64,000 bases of DNA from Anaeramoeba ignava BMAN (Eukaryota; Protista; Anaeramoebae). The notes below the pieces were generated by a model that did not search any database, was not told where the DNA came from, and was given only the letters and a program-made list of their open reading frames with translations. The stretch lies in NCBI GenBank assembly GCA_028826165.1, contig JAPDFW010000064.1:434001-498000 (forward strand). Reading direction: 5' to 3'. The position numbers and the translations under genes were made by a program. Below are positions 48,494 to 61,864 of this stretch, in pieces. Every line of letters starts with the position of its first letter. The stretch's first letter is position 1.

Positions 48494-51400
48494 TCATTTG
48501 TTCTTCAAAAAAATTTGGCAATTTTCATAAAAACTTAATAAATTTTTCAATTTTAATTTCTTTGGAATAAAATCATTAATTTGAGTGAAAATTTTGGATT
48601 TTTGATCTTCAATCGAATTTAATAAAATTTTTCGAAGAGAATAATTCTCATCAAATTGTTCTGTAATATTCTTAATTAAATTTTCAACTAAATCTATCAA
48701 TTCATACATATTAATTTTCTTCAAATTATCCTCGAAATCAAAATTCAATTTTTCTTGAAACTTTTGGGGTAAATTTGCTAAAGAAGTTGATAAACCGTGA
48801 GGTAAATTAAAATTTATAAATAAAAGATGTTTCATTTTCGCAAAACGAGTAAATGAGGGAGAAAGTGCTAAAATATCATCAAAAAATGAGCATTTCAATT
48901 TTGTTTGAATAAACTCCATAATCGACATTTTTGACAGTTTTTCAAGTTCTTTTTTCTCAATATTAATATTCTTCAATCCCAAAACCAAATATTCAATCAG
49001 TTTCATAATCCTATTTGAAATTCTATGTTTTGCTATTTCTTCTTCAATTTGCTTCCATTTTTGAATTGGTAGTTTTTTTTGATTCCAATACTTTTCAAGA
49101 AATTGCGTTTCCAAAATTGGTTGTTTTTCATCAGCGAAATGAAAATTTATTGGTTCAAAAACTAAAAGTGTTTTATCTTTTTCACAATCCAATTTTTGTT
49201 CAATGTAACTCTCCAGAAATTTGAAATCAAGAGGATTATTAATAATAGAATTTTCAAACTCCTTCAAATTAAAGTGAATAAGTGCTGGCGAATAATAATC
49301 AATGAGCAAATTTGAAAAATCCAATTTTTGTTTCCCAGTTTTCTTGGGTTGATTTTCATCGTTTTCATTTCTTGGAAACGCTTTCTGCATCTTCTTCACT
49401 ATTTGATTATGAATTTGAACGCCTTGTTGAATCAAAACAGGAAGAAATGATTTTTCTTTTTGCGAATTTGGAAGACAAACTTCCAACGGCATTTCTTCTT
49501 CAATTTCAGGAATAACAACATTTGATTTGATTCCATCTAAAACTTGGATATATTTTACTTCTTTTGTGTTTATATTCCAAAACTTCTTGAAATGTTGATA
49601 ATACTCGTAAACATCCTTTCTTTCGTTTCCAAGAATTGTGTCTATTGTTGTTTGCTGTGCTTTTTCTTGTGTGATTTTCCCATTGAATTTGAATAAAATG
49701 AAATGACTAAATTTCAAAAATCCCTCAAAATGGAACATCATTTCTAATTTTCGTGCGTTTTTGATCACAAAACGAATTTTTTTGTAATTTTTCCTTTCGC
49801 TATTTTGATAAAAATCTTTCGCAAAGGAAAATAAATTTGATTTTGGAAGATCAAAAATATTTTCAAATCTGGAGATTGCTCTAGTTTTTGGACAATTTCG
49901 TCTTCAGTTATTTTCTTGATTTTTGAGAGAATTATTTTATCATTTTGTTTGTAGATATCATTAAACATTTTCTCGAAATTGTTCCTTGTTTCAATATTTT
50001 CAAACTCGTCAAAATTTAAAAAATCTTTTAAAATACTACTTTCTTGAATCAAATCAAGAAATTTGATGTAATAAAGTGACGCCTGATAAACAGAAACAAA
50101 GAGAAGTTCAGAAAGAATCAAGAAGTCGTTTTCGATATGAGCGAATAATTGATCAATTAATTGTTCTTTTCTTGGCTTGAAAATATAATCATTCATGATT
50201 TCAATGAAAGAACTCAAGAATTTAGGAGATAAAACCGCAACAAGAACAGCAGATAAATGAGTAAATAATCTAATTATCCTGAAAGTAACTGGATGCATTT
50301 GTCTGATTTTGAATCCTAGATTTGTATTTGGATTACAAGGAACAAAATAAGATCGAGCATTATCGAAGAAATGACTATTAACTTTGGATCCTTCCAAATT
50401 TTCATTGCAAAATTGGCAGATATTGTTTAATTGATTAAAAACTGGTAAATTCCAATTCAAATGCTTTGCTTTGCATACTTTCCATTTTGTTCGATTCTTG
50501 AAATGCCATTTTGTAAATGGATATCCACCCATTGCTGGAAAATATATTTTCTGAATATTATGCGTCTCTTTTGAATAATTTTTAGAGACAAAATGGAATG
50601 AAAGTAATTTTGTAAATGGCTCAAGTTTGGATTTTGAAATGAGCTCCAATGTTAATATTGCTGGTTTTAAAAAGATTTCTTTTTTATCTTTGAAAATGTT
50701 TTTCAGTTGCGATATATCTTTTCTTAAAAACCAAGAATCAATACTTTCTTGAGAATCTCTTTTATTTTTTGATTTTGATTTTGATTTTGATTTTGATTTT
50801 TCAATTTCTGTTTGTTTTGCTTCATATAAATCAAATAGTGACTGATCTTCTTCTTTTTTTTTGGGTTTTTTTTGAGAATCACCTCTTTTTTTATTTTTCA
50901 TAATTGTTCTGATTAAAGAATTTTTCTTTTTATATGAAGAGAATTTTTCTTTCACAAATTCTCTGAGATGATCTCTTCCTCTTGCAATTTCAATCTGATA
51001 AAAAACGAATTTGAGCCATGGTTCCATATAATCTCTCATCAACATTTCTTTCATACCATCATCAATATCTTCAGGGTTTTTCATCAAGTCATTTCTTTTG
51101 TTTATAATTCTCACAACTTCTTCCAAATTATAATTTTGTTGATCCAAATTAATTTCCATATTCTCGTTCAAGTCCCAATTCTTACTTAAATTGTGTAATA
51201 TTTCCTCATTCTGAATCAGGAATTTGGATAAAGAAAGAAAAATAATGTCTGAGTTCTTGGTTTGTAAAATTTCATTAATAAAGTCCTTTGTTTTATCAAA
51301 TTCCAAAGAAAAGATGTTATTTAGCAAAGGCGCAAAAATTAGATCAAAAACTTCATTTGGATTTTGATTATTCTTGTTTGTAAATGAAAATGAAAATAGA

Positions 51401-54400
51401 GTTCTTTGTTCAATACAAAAATCAACAAAGCTTTTCATTTTTTGAAAATTAAAAAATCCATTGAATTTATTATCAAATAAAAACCTTTCGAAAAGTATAT
51501 TTCCATAAAATGAAAGGAAACGAGCAAATTGGAGTATTTTTTCAATCAGATCTTCGCGATATTTTTGAATGTCTTTTTTTTTTATTGCATGAAAATGCTT
51601 TCTTTTTTTGTGGAGTTTATGTTGACAAATTGGGCACTTTTCATTTTCATTTTCATTTTCATTTTCATTTAAATAAATTAAGGGTTTCTGTTTTGATTTT
51701 GGACAAATAACAAATTTTTTGTGATTGTGATCAGAATTAAACAAGTTATTGAGATATTCAACAGAAATGATATCCAACCTCATTTCATCCTTGATCCTTT
51801 TATAAGGAAGAGAAAATCCATTCATTTGGTGATTTTGTTGAGAAGATTTTGAGAGAAGAGTTTCTAATAAAGTGGGAGATAGATTCGCATTTCTGAGTTT
51901 TTGAATTTCCCAATTCTTGTATAAGTTCTTATATTTTTTACTTGATTCCCCTTTTTTGCATTCAATTTCGATGAAAAAACGAAATAAACTTTCAACAGAA
52001 TCAACTTTAATTATCATTCTTGGATTTTTCTCATTGAAATTAGTAATCAATGTTTTCATAAATATTTGGAATGAAAAATAATCTTTTTGTTTTTCAGAAA
52101 TGACAAGAGGAGATATTTCAATTAAATGATACAAATTTGGCAGGATTTGTTTAATAAATATATCGCAGGCTTTTTTCAAAGAAATTTCTTGGCAATTTTT
52201 TTCTTCTTTGCCCAAAATTTTTTTAATCCATAAAACAAAATCAATATTAAGTTTATCAAAATTCTCTTTTTGTTTTGTATCGAGCATTAATTTTGCCCAG
52301 TCTTGGAAATATTTTTGAATAAATGCATCCTCTTTTTCTTGTTTATTATGAGAAAATTTATTCATTCGGTTATTATCAAAAGGGTATGTAATCAGGGAAA
52401 TTTTTGGGAAGAAATATTTTTCAACTGATTCTTTTTTATTGTTTTCGTTTTGGTTCTGTTTTTTTTGTTCATCAAATAGTAAAGAAAATATAATGGAAGA
52501 AAAATCTGCTTGCATTTCAAAGTTATGGCTATTGGGTGATTTAATTTCAAACCAAGGAACTTGAAATTTTTCAAATATTTTCCAAAAAACGGAATCACGA
52601 TTTTTCTTTCTCCTGTTTTTATGTTTTGATGACAATTCAGAAGTAGAAGTTGAAGATAATAATGCCAATAATAAATTGCCATTTAGATTAATGTTTGTGA
52701 AAAAGATGTGAATAATTTCAATCATTTTATCCATAAAATGCTCATAAATTAATTCATGAAAAGTTTTTTCTTTTTCTTTTTCTTTTTCTTTTTCTTTGAG
52801 TTGCTTCTGAAAAAAATCAGCAATATTGAATTTATAAATATAATGATTTTCTTTGATTCCATTTTGGATCATAGAACCAATTTTTGCAGTTATTAAATCT
52901 TTCTTTAAAACCAAAAAGGATTCTTGAATAAAATTTACCAAATCAAAGTATTTTTCATGCATGAAAGAGAAATTTCTTGAAAGAATCAATCCAGCCATAT
53001 TTTTCCATAAATCATCAAATTTATTTTCTTGCAAAAGAATAAAAAATGAAGAGAGATCATCTGGCAAGTTTTGCAGAGGGAGTTTGGGAAAAAGCTCTTC
53101 CACATAATAATGCTCCCAATTTTTCTCAAAACAAAAAGGAAATTCTTGTATTTTAGTATTTGAAGTGAGATGGATAACAAGTATGAAGTAGCATTGCTTC
53201 TTTTCCTTTTTAAAATGATTTGCAATATCAAAATTTGTTTTTTCAGTTTGACTTCGTTTTTCATTCTGGAGAATGATCTCATCCAAAATTAATTTGAACT
53301 TGTAAAAATCCTCGGCTTGAGATTGAGTAAAATGAGCGAAAGTGACAATTTCTGTTTTATCAATTTTAGAAACAAGTTGATCAATTAATTTGTTGTCCAT
53401 TCCAAAACTTGTTTGGAAATTGATATTAATGAATGAATAAGAATTGTATTGCTCTTTTAAAAAGGGGTATTCGGATGCTTTTGTTCGTGTGAATATGATA
53501 GAATTTTTGATTTTTTGATGAATAATTTCTTTTGTGAATAGATCATCGAAATTTTTGTAAAAAGAGTTGAAATATAAATCAATAATTTCTTGCACTTGTT
53601 TTGAATTTGAATTGGGTTTTTTTTTGTTTTTCAATAATTCTCGAATTTCAACCATTTTCTCAAATTTGCAGAATTGGATGAGTTTTTTTTTGATCAAAAT
53701 TTCGTTTTGTTCATATTTGAGAGTCAAAGAGATGGAGAGATTTGAATTAAATGCAACTATTAGTTCTTCTTTTGGGATTTTTTTGGGTTTAAATTTTCCA
53801 AATGGTTTCAAAATGGATTCCACATTTTGTATTATGTCTGCTTTCAAAGTGGAAACGGTTTTTTCCAAGAAAGAATGGTCAACAAAGTGTTTTTCAAAAC
53901 AATCCAAAAAATCTGGATGCTGGAGTTCGTATCTCAACGGGTTTGTCACAACAACAACTAATCTGAATCGCTTATTAACAGTGATTCTTCTTGTTTCGTT
54001 TTTCACAAAAAGATGTGTCGAAAAAATTCCATTTTCCTCGATACGAAATGAGCTGAATAACTGATAAATAAACGTATAAATTTCAGGATAATCAAAAATA
54101 ATCAAATTTTTGCCTTCAAACAAGCAATATTGGATAATACTCAAAGTGGAATTAAAATCTCCATCATCATTATCATAAAGACGATCTATTTTTTCTTCTA
54201 AATTTAACTTTTGTTGAGAAAAAGAGTTCATTAAAGATGGACGATAAAGCAAAATAGAATCAGAAAATAATTGATGAATTAGTGAAAAAATTGAAACATC
54301 ACTAAGAAACAACATGAGAGGACGCAAATCCCTCAAAATTTGAAAAGGAGAATCCTCCAGAGAATTATGGAAATCATTTAGATCTAATGATTTATCTATT

Positions 54401-57400
54401 TTTTCTTGAAGAAGATTTGATAAATTCTGATTCTGGTATGTTTACGCTTGTTTTGCTTTTAAGTTTTGGGAAAAAATCTTCGAGACTTTTCTTTTCAATT
54501 CCGAAATTAACAAATAGATACTTGTAAAAAACGTTGAGAAAATCTGTTTTTTTGTTTCTGATGAAGTTGAACCCAATGTCTTTGAGAAAGTAATAATAGT
54601 CTTGATTTCCATAAAACTTATTTTTCAATTCAATATTTTGTGATATTGATTTGAATTGTTCTGAAACAAATTGATTTTGATTCGCGATGATTTTGTGGAA
54701 ATATGTCACGTATCGATCATATTCATTCGCAATTTGTTGTGAGAAAGAGTCCAAAATTTTCTTTGTTGTTGATTTCAATTCATTCTTGTTTATTGGATCA
54801 TGAATCAATGTAATTCCTGGTATTTCAAAGTCTATAATTGTATTTGTTATCAATATGATTGAGGGAGCAAAAATATCTTTTTGTTGATAAAATGGTTTAA
54901 AGTTATTGAATAATTCCCCAATTTCTGATTGCAAAATTGTCAAACTCTCTTTTTTTAAAATGTGAAAATTTTTCAAAATAATTACAGGAATTATTGAATT
55001 TTGGATTCTTTCGTATTCTTTCTGGATATTTTTTAGTTCATCCAGGATATTATTAGCGGATATTGCTATTGAGCATGCAATTTCAATTTTTTTCATTTCA
55101 ATTTTTTTCATTTCAATTTGATTTTGAATTTGATTTTGATTTTGATTTTGAATTTGAATTTGATTTTGATTTTGATTTTGATTTTGAATTTGATTTTGAT
55201 TTTGATTTTGATTTTGATTTTGATTTTGATTTTGATTTTGATTTTGATTTTGATTTTGATTTTCATTCTCATTTCTTGGTTTGCAAGCATCTAAAATGAT
55301 TTGGAGAGCAGTTGATTTTGATGTTCCTAATAATAAAATAAAATAAAATATTTCTCTTTTTTTTAATATTATTATTATTATTGTTATATCAAATCAATTT
55401 ACCTGAAGAACCAATAATCATTAAAGATGTTCCTGTCATACAAGCAATAAAAATGAATAATAAATTTTCTTTCAAATTACTGTTTGTGCAAATATGAGTT
55501 TTGGATAAATTCACTCCCAAAAATGACAATAAGTTTTGAATGATTTTCTCAATGATTTGTTGATATTCCTTTTTTGAAGATGTATCGAGGATTTTGTTTT
55601 GCATATATGGATTAATTAAAGGTTGAATCTTTTGGAAAAGAACAGATTTGTAATTTTGTTTGAATTTGGAAGAATATACAAGATATAAAGATAACAAAAG
55701 AGCTGAGGAAATTAGATCTTGAGTTTGTTTTTTCTTAATCAACACTTTTCCAATTTCAGATTGAACTAACCATTGGAATATGATGAGAAAATTAGAAGCA
55801 TTTTGCAATAACCGAGAAGAGTTATACTTTGATTTGAAATTTGCAATGAGATTTTCCTCGAGATTGACGATTGTATCAGAAATATTTTCGCAAAGAGTTT
55901 TCACTTCTGTTTTTGTAAAAGGTTCCGGGAATTGGATTTTTTTTTGAAGAGTTTGTGTAATCATCAGTAATAAATAAGATTTTCTTTCTTCTTGATCGAA
56001 ATCACCAAAATCGTACATTTCATCCAAAAATGATTGTGGGATTTGCTTTATATACTGGATTTGCTCTTGATTAGGATTTTTTGGGTTATTTTCAAAATAG
56101 TTTATTGAGGCCAAGAAACGAAGATTTTCTGGAAGCTTTTTCGCATTGAAAGAATGGGTGAATAGAATTTCTTTGAATGAAAAAGTCAGACTTTTGGGTG
56201 CTTGATGAAAATTATAAAACAAAATGTTGAGTTGCGAATTCTTATTTCTGGTTGCTATTTTCTCTGCTTCACGGAGTATTTTCACCATTTCTATTTTTTT
56301 AAATTGTGGATGAACGTGATAAAAAAGCAATTTTTGATTGAGAATTTCTTCAAAAAAATAGCGGATTAAAACCCTTTTCTCATAAGTTTGTCTGAAATAA
56401 AAAATAACAGGTAGTTTTGCAAGTAATCGGAATTGCAAATGAACTATTTTTGCTAAATCATAATTTGTCAGGAATAAAGACTCTTTATTTTTCTCGAAAA
56501 TCCTTGATTTTTCTGTTCTTATTTGCATGAAACCTTTGTGTAATGCTCCAAAAACGGAGAAGATATCATTTTCAGAGATTTCACAAATTTCTTTTTGTGA
56601 AGTTGTGAAAATTGTAAGCATTTCTTTTTGGAGAAGGAAATCTTGTACATTTTGAGGGATTTTGCTGAGAAAATCTGTGCAATCTCCGATCAGAAAAATT
56701 TTGAAAAAAGTCTTTGATATAAGAAAGGGAGCAACAAAACATAATTTTCTTGATTTCCATTCATTGATTTCTTTCAACACAGAAAATATGTCTTGAATTT
56801 TCTTGAATTGCGGGTTTTCTTGTATTTTAAGGAAGTTTGGTTGAGTAATTGCAATATTGATCAGAGAATCCAAATAGGCATTAAGGAAAGGAGACATAAA
56901 TTCATTTAGAATTTCTTCATTTTGGAAATATTCTTTGATTTTATTTGGAACAAGTATCAAATGCGAGAAAAATGGCAGATCCAATTGATAAAAGAGAAGT
57001 GAATAGAAATCAGAAAGGATCTTGGGAGTTAACGGGTGTTCTTTTAAATGATGAGAAATTTTCTGTTGGAAAAAGCTGAAAATTGTGTTTCTTTCTTGAT
57101 GTAATTGAGCATTATTATTTTCATTGTTGCCATTTTGGTTATTGATTAATTTGATAAGTTGATTTAATTGATTGATTTTTTCTTTTTGTTTGTCTTTATT
57201 TTGGAGAATTTGATGAATGATAATGTTTTGAGTAGAAGAGTCTTGATAACTATTATCGCTTTGATTTAAAGTGAAGTATTTTAATGCAGAGAAATTCATT
57301 AATATATCTATTTCTTGTGATGTTTGAATTTTGTTTGGTATTTCGAATGCAATAAAATTTGATTGAGAAAGTTTCCAAATGGAGTTTTGAGAAGAATCTC

Positions 57401-60400
57401 TTTTGTTTTCAACTAAATTCCACATTGAAAGAGTCCAGAGGAAATCGAATGTTTCCAATTTGGGATGCAAAGGCAGTTCTATGTGGAAAAAATAATGAGC
57501 ATTTTGGTTATTTGCAAAACGATTCATTTTGGTAATTAACTCATATGGTGATCCTTCTGAAAGAAAAATATTGATGTAAATCAATTGGTGATCTTGTAAG
57601 GATTTCTCTAAGAATAACGAATGTATCTGCGTTGATTTCCCCATTTTTGAATATTTGGAGGTGAATATTTGGATATTTTTGCTTCTGGTTTGGTCTTTTT
57701 GGAAAATGGATTGGAATTTCTCTTTTGAAAAAGTCTCCATTGAATTTTTAACAGGAAAATTTGGGAAATGATAAACCAAGGGAAAAGTACCCAAAATGTT
57801 TTCGTGATAGAATATTATCATTGAGAAATGAATTTTATGCTTTATTTCTCTCAATTTTTGGATGAAGAATTCCAGGCATTGTTTCGATAATTTTTCTGCA
57901 TGAAGAACAGAAAAGAGAAAGTTTCCTTTTTGTGATTTTGTATTGTATATTTGATAAACAGAAAAGAATTTTTCAATATCAGATCTTGTTGTTGATTGAG
58001 AATCACAAATCAAAACATTTTCTCTAAGAGGAAACTTGCAGCAATATCCCAGATAGAGTGATGTGATAATATCGTAAATTTGGAGTTCTTCTTCCAATTG
58101 ATAAAAACAAATTGTGTATTATTTTGTGCTTTCTTGAACATGTTCTTGATGAAATTGTATTTTTGTGAATTTTTGGAAATTGGATTCTCAACAGAAACTA
58201 TTCTTGATTTTGTTGATTGAGATAATTTATCAATTTTGAAAACACTATCCAAAAGTTGGACAAATGAAGTAAGGTTTAATTTTTTCAAGTTTTGGAAAAG
58301 CAACAATTTCTTGAATTGCATAATTTTGGGTATGTGTATATCGGAAAAGGCACAAGAAAAAAGGTAAAGTAATTGAGAAGAAGGAATAGGGTTGTGAATG
58401 TTTAAAAACTCGTTTGCAATAAAAAAGAATTGTTCTTTTGAAAAAATGGAAAAAATCAAATATTGCGACGAAATTTGAGAGACTTCGTTATCCCATTCTT
58501 CAAGTTTGCGATTCAATTTCTGTTTTTGTTGTGCCAATTTTGTGAGGAATTGGTCAATTTTATCAGTAAACTCATATTCAATGATAGATTCGTAGATGTT
58601 CGCAAAATCGATATAATAAGATTTTTTCAATTGTTTACATATTTGAGAAATTTGATCAATAATCGGGAAAATTTGTTGGAATGATTTAATGAATAACTGG
58701 ATTGAAGATGATTCTTGACTGAAATCAAGAATATTGCAAATGCGGTAGATTTGAGAAAAATTGGAAAAGGTATATTCTGTTAGATCCTTTTCATTTAGTG
58801 TGCATATGAAAGATGTGATTTTTCTTGGAAAATAATTGAAAATGAGATTGAAATTATGATCTTTAAAAATAAGCGACAATTTTCGAATGATGACTTTTTT
58901 AATAGAGACCCAATTTTTGTTGACTAAATTAGAAATTTGAGGTGTAATTTTAACAAGATTTTCGAAATGAGACATAAAGTTAATATTCTTTTTTAGTAGT
59001 AAGGATTTAACCAAACTAGAAAATGATTCAAAGGGAGACGCCGAATAAACAACATCTTTGATGATATTTCTGAAGCTAGAAATTTGCTGAATAATATACT
59101 CAGAATAATTTAGAGATTGAAGAAAAACCGCGAAATCTTGTTCCACTTTAAACTGACTAAAGATGGTGACTAATTGATAGAAGATATACAAATATGTATC
59201 AGAGGAAAAGAGGTTCTGTTGAGCGTATAAAGCCTCTTCCAGTATTTGCGATAAATTGGGTAATTCCTGTAGTTGTCTTTGATTTTGCCAAAAATTTGAG
59301 AAAAAATTTGAATATCTTTCGAATGAAAATTTGAAACAAGAGAAAAAATAAACAGTTTCGTTCCATAATGACTCCATCTTTTTCTTGTATTCTTTGTAAC
59401 TAATGATTTGCTTGACGATTTCCGTTATTTGATTTTCGGGTTTTTTCTCTTTATTGAGAAAATTTATTAACGAAGTCAGAGAACTTTGAATATCTTGATT
59501 TTCTATTTTGTTGAAGAGGTTATTGAGTCTTTGGAAAGTGATTTCCTTTGTAAAAATTGATTCCAAATTGATTTTTTCTTGAAGAAACGATGATAATTTG
59601 TCTTGGAAGTCATGAATAGAAACGGGAGGATTATTGATCATAATTGGAAGAAATTCCAAAAGAAGTAAAGATTGTGAAATTTTGTTTTTCTGTAAATAAA
59701 AAATATTTTTCAAAACAGATTCATCGAAAGAAGAGGTTTGAATTTGATTTTCAAGTTCTTTGAGTGAATATTTCTCAGCAATTTCAAGTTTTTCCATTGA
59801 TGCAATTAATTCTTGAGTATTTTGACTTCCATAATCAAAAATGAAAGTGATATTATCAATTTTTTCTTGATTAACTTCATCGAATGGCACATTTTCTCTA
59901 AGCCATTTAAAGCAATCTTTTTTTTCTGAAAATTGGTTGTATTTAGCTTCTATATCTTGGAAGTTTTTGTTAGCTATTTCCCATATTGTTAAATAGAAAT
60001 GGGAATTTTGAATAATTGACTGGAGTTGAAGAAAAGAAAGATTGAGACTTTCTGTTTTGGAAACAAATTCCATGATATTTTTTTTGTAATTTCTAACTTC
60101 TTCATAATATTGAAATAAAATGATTTTGTTATCAATTTGCTCTATCCATTTAAAGAGAAGGATCCAATATGGATGTTTTCTTTCTTTTAATTCCAAGTAT
60201 TTGAGGAAATAGTCAACAGAATTTGGGTTTTTTTCTTTGAATTTTTTAACAAATAGATCCCATAGTTGAATTTGGAGATTTCGTGAAAGTTGTTTTAAGT
60301 GATTTTTTTCATCGAATTGGATACTTTCTGTGTCCAAATTTTCTGCCTTTTCGTTGAGAAATTCAAGAAGAAATTTTCTCAAGAAGTAAGGATATTGATC

Positions 60401-61864
60401 AACATATAAAAATAATTTTGTGTCTTGGAAATGAAGAATCCATTCTCTTGGTGTATATTTTGGAGAAAATTGTGTTCGAAATGAAGTAATAATAACTTCC
60501 TTCATTAGTGATAAGAAATTTCGAATATTTTCATTATTTTCATTATTTTGAATATTTTGATTATTTTCATTATTTTCATTATTTTCATTATTTTCATTAT
60601 TTTCATTATTTTGATTATTTTGATTATTTTCATTATTTTCATTATTTTGAATATTTTTATTATTTTCATTATTTTGATTATTTTGATTATTTTCATTATT
60701 TTCATTAATTTGATTATTTTCATTAATTTGATTATTTTCATTATTTTCATTATTTTCATTAATTTGAATATTTTCATTATTTTCATTAATTAATTGCTTG
60801 ACCTTCTTGTAAATTTGTGACCAAAATAAACAAAAATCAATGAAACTATCAAAATTAAATTTCGGAATTAGCTGAAAAAGAGGAATTCTCAGGTTTTTAT
60901 AAATAAAAACTCTTAGTAATTTTGAATCAACAGCTAAATGTTCGAAAAAAAGCTTGGTTAATTTCTGTGAATGCAAATAAACTCTCTCATCAAACAACTT
61001 GAGCAAAGTGTAGAAAAAATCATCAGGTTCAGGTTCTTTGAGAAAAAACACAATCAATTGATCCAAAACTTTTCTTTCATCCAACATTTCAAATTTCTTG
61101 GTATTATTTATCGATTGTGATTTAATAAGAAAAACAAATATGGAAACTATATAAGAATCACCAACATTATAAAGTATTTTTTCAAAAAATGAGAAGAAAA
61201 ACTCTCTCATTTCCTTTAAATAGGTATTTTCTTCTTTTGAAAAATCTTGGATAACACCAAAGAATTTGGGAAGAAAATCAGATCCTGAAATTTTGTAAAA
61301 AAATTGGAAATCAAACGAGCTGCAATACATCATTAAGAAAAAATGGGCAAGTAAATAACTGTATGGATGTTTGGTTTTTGCATCAAATGGAAGGGACTTA
61401 AAAAAACGATCCAAAACAACATATATAAATTCATTAAATCTTATTTTTTTTGGCTTGAAAAATTTTTTCCTGAATTCTTGGATTGCTTGATAATATAATT
61501 TGAATCGAATGTTGATTAAGTTGTTTTCAGGAACAACTTCTTTTTGAATAATTGCATTTAAAAAGTCGATCAAAATGTCTTGGTTTAATTTTTGCTTTGT
61601 GATGAAATAGAAAGCATGGTCAGATTGCGATTCTGAGTTATTAAATACAAATCCTTTCTTTCTAAATGATGGAATTTTAATATCAAAAAAATAATTGGTT
61701 TTTGGAAGCGGGTTAAATAACCAACAACTAAACCAAACATGTGAATTTTCTTCTACTTTTATCATTTCAAGTTCTTTTGTTTTTGTTTCTATTATTGGTA
61801 TTATGTTTGAATCTGTTAATTTTACATATACATAAACATGAAGATATTTATCTTTTTGTTCCAT
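48494..61864 (-). CDS. RNF213: RNF213/mysterin-like giant AAA+/E3 protein (~4400 aa); one intron (55327-55402) and three apparent frameshifts (~58105, ~54425, ~49866)
   Basis: Five ORF pieces are collinear with the RNF213 motif order: FTSKYSKMGKS; LHLQFR-type block VHLQFRLLAKLPVI; LRFLASIN; LKENLLFIFIACMTGTSLMIIGSSGTSKS; TVNKRFRLVVV...DFLDCFEKH; YFPAM; CxxxH-x14-CxxC; MHPVTFRIIRLFTHL; HIENDF. Confidence 0.75.
55112..55272 (-). repeat. Coding (CAAAAT)n hexamer giving a poly-(NQ) insert
   Basis: In frame between GTSKSTALQIILDACKPRNENE and MKKIEMKKIEIAC. Confidence 0.8.
60522..60792 (-). repeat. Coding 9-bp repeat giving an (NNE/NNQ)n tract
   Basis: Lies within ORF 58010-61864. Confidence 0.85.

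Noticed and set aside
48494-61864. Five separate genes, or an operon-like cluster with overlapping stop/start
   Set aside because: The pieces follow RNF213 domain order, three of the internal starts are TTG/GTG, the frames overlap, and no initiator-like motif was noticed except before the first piece.
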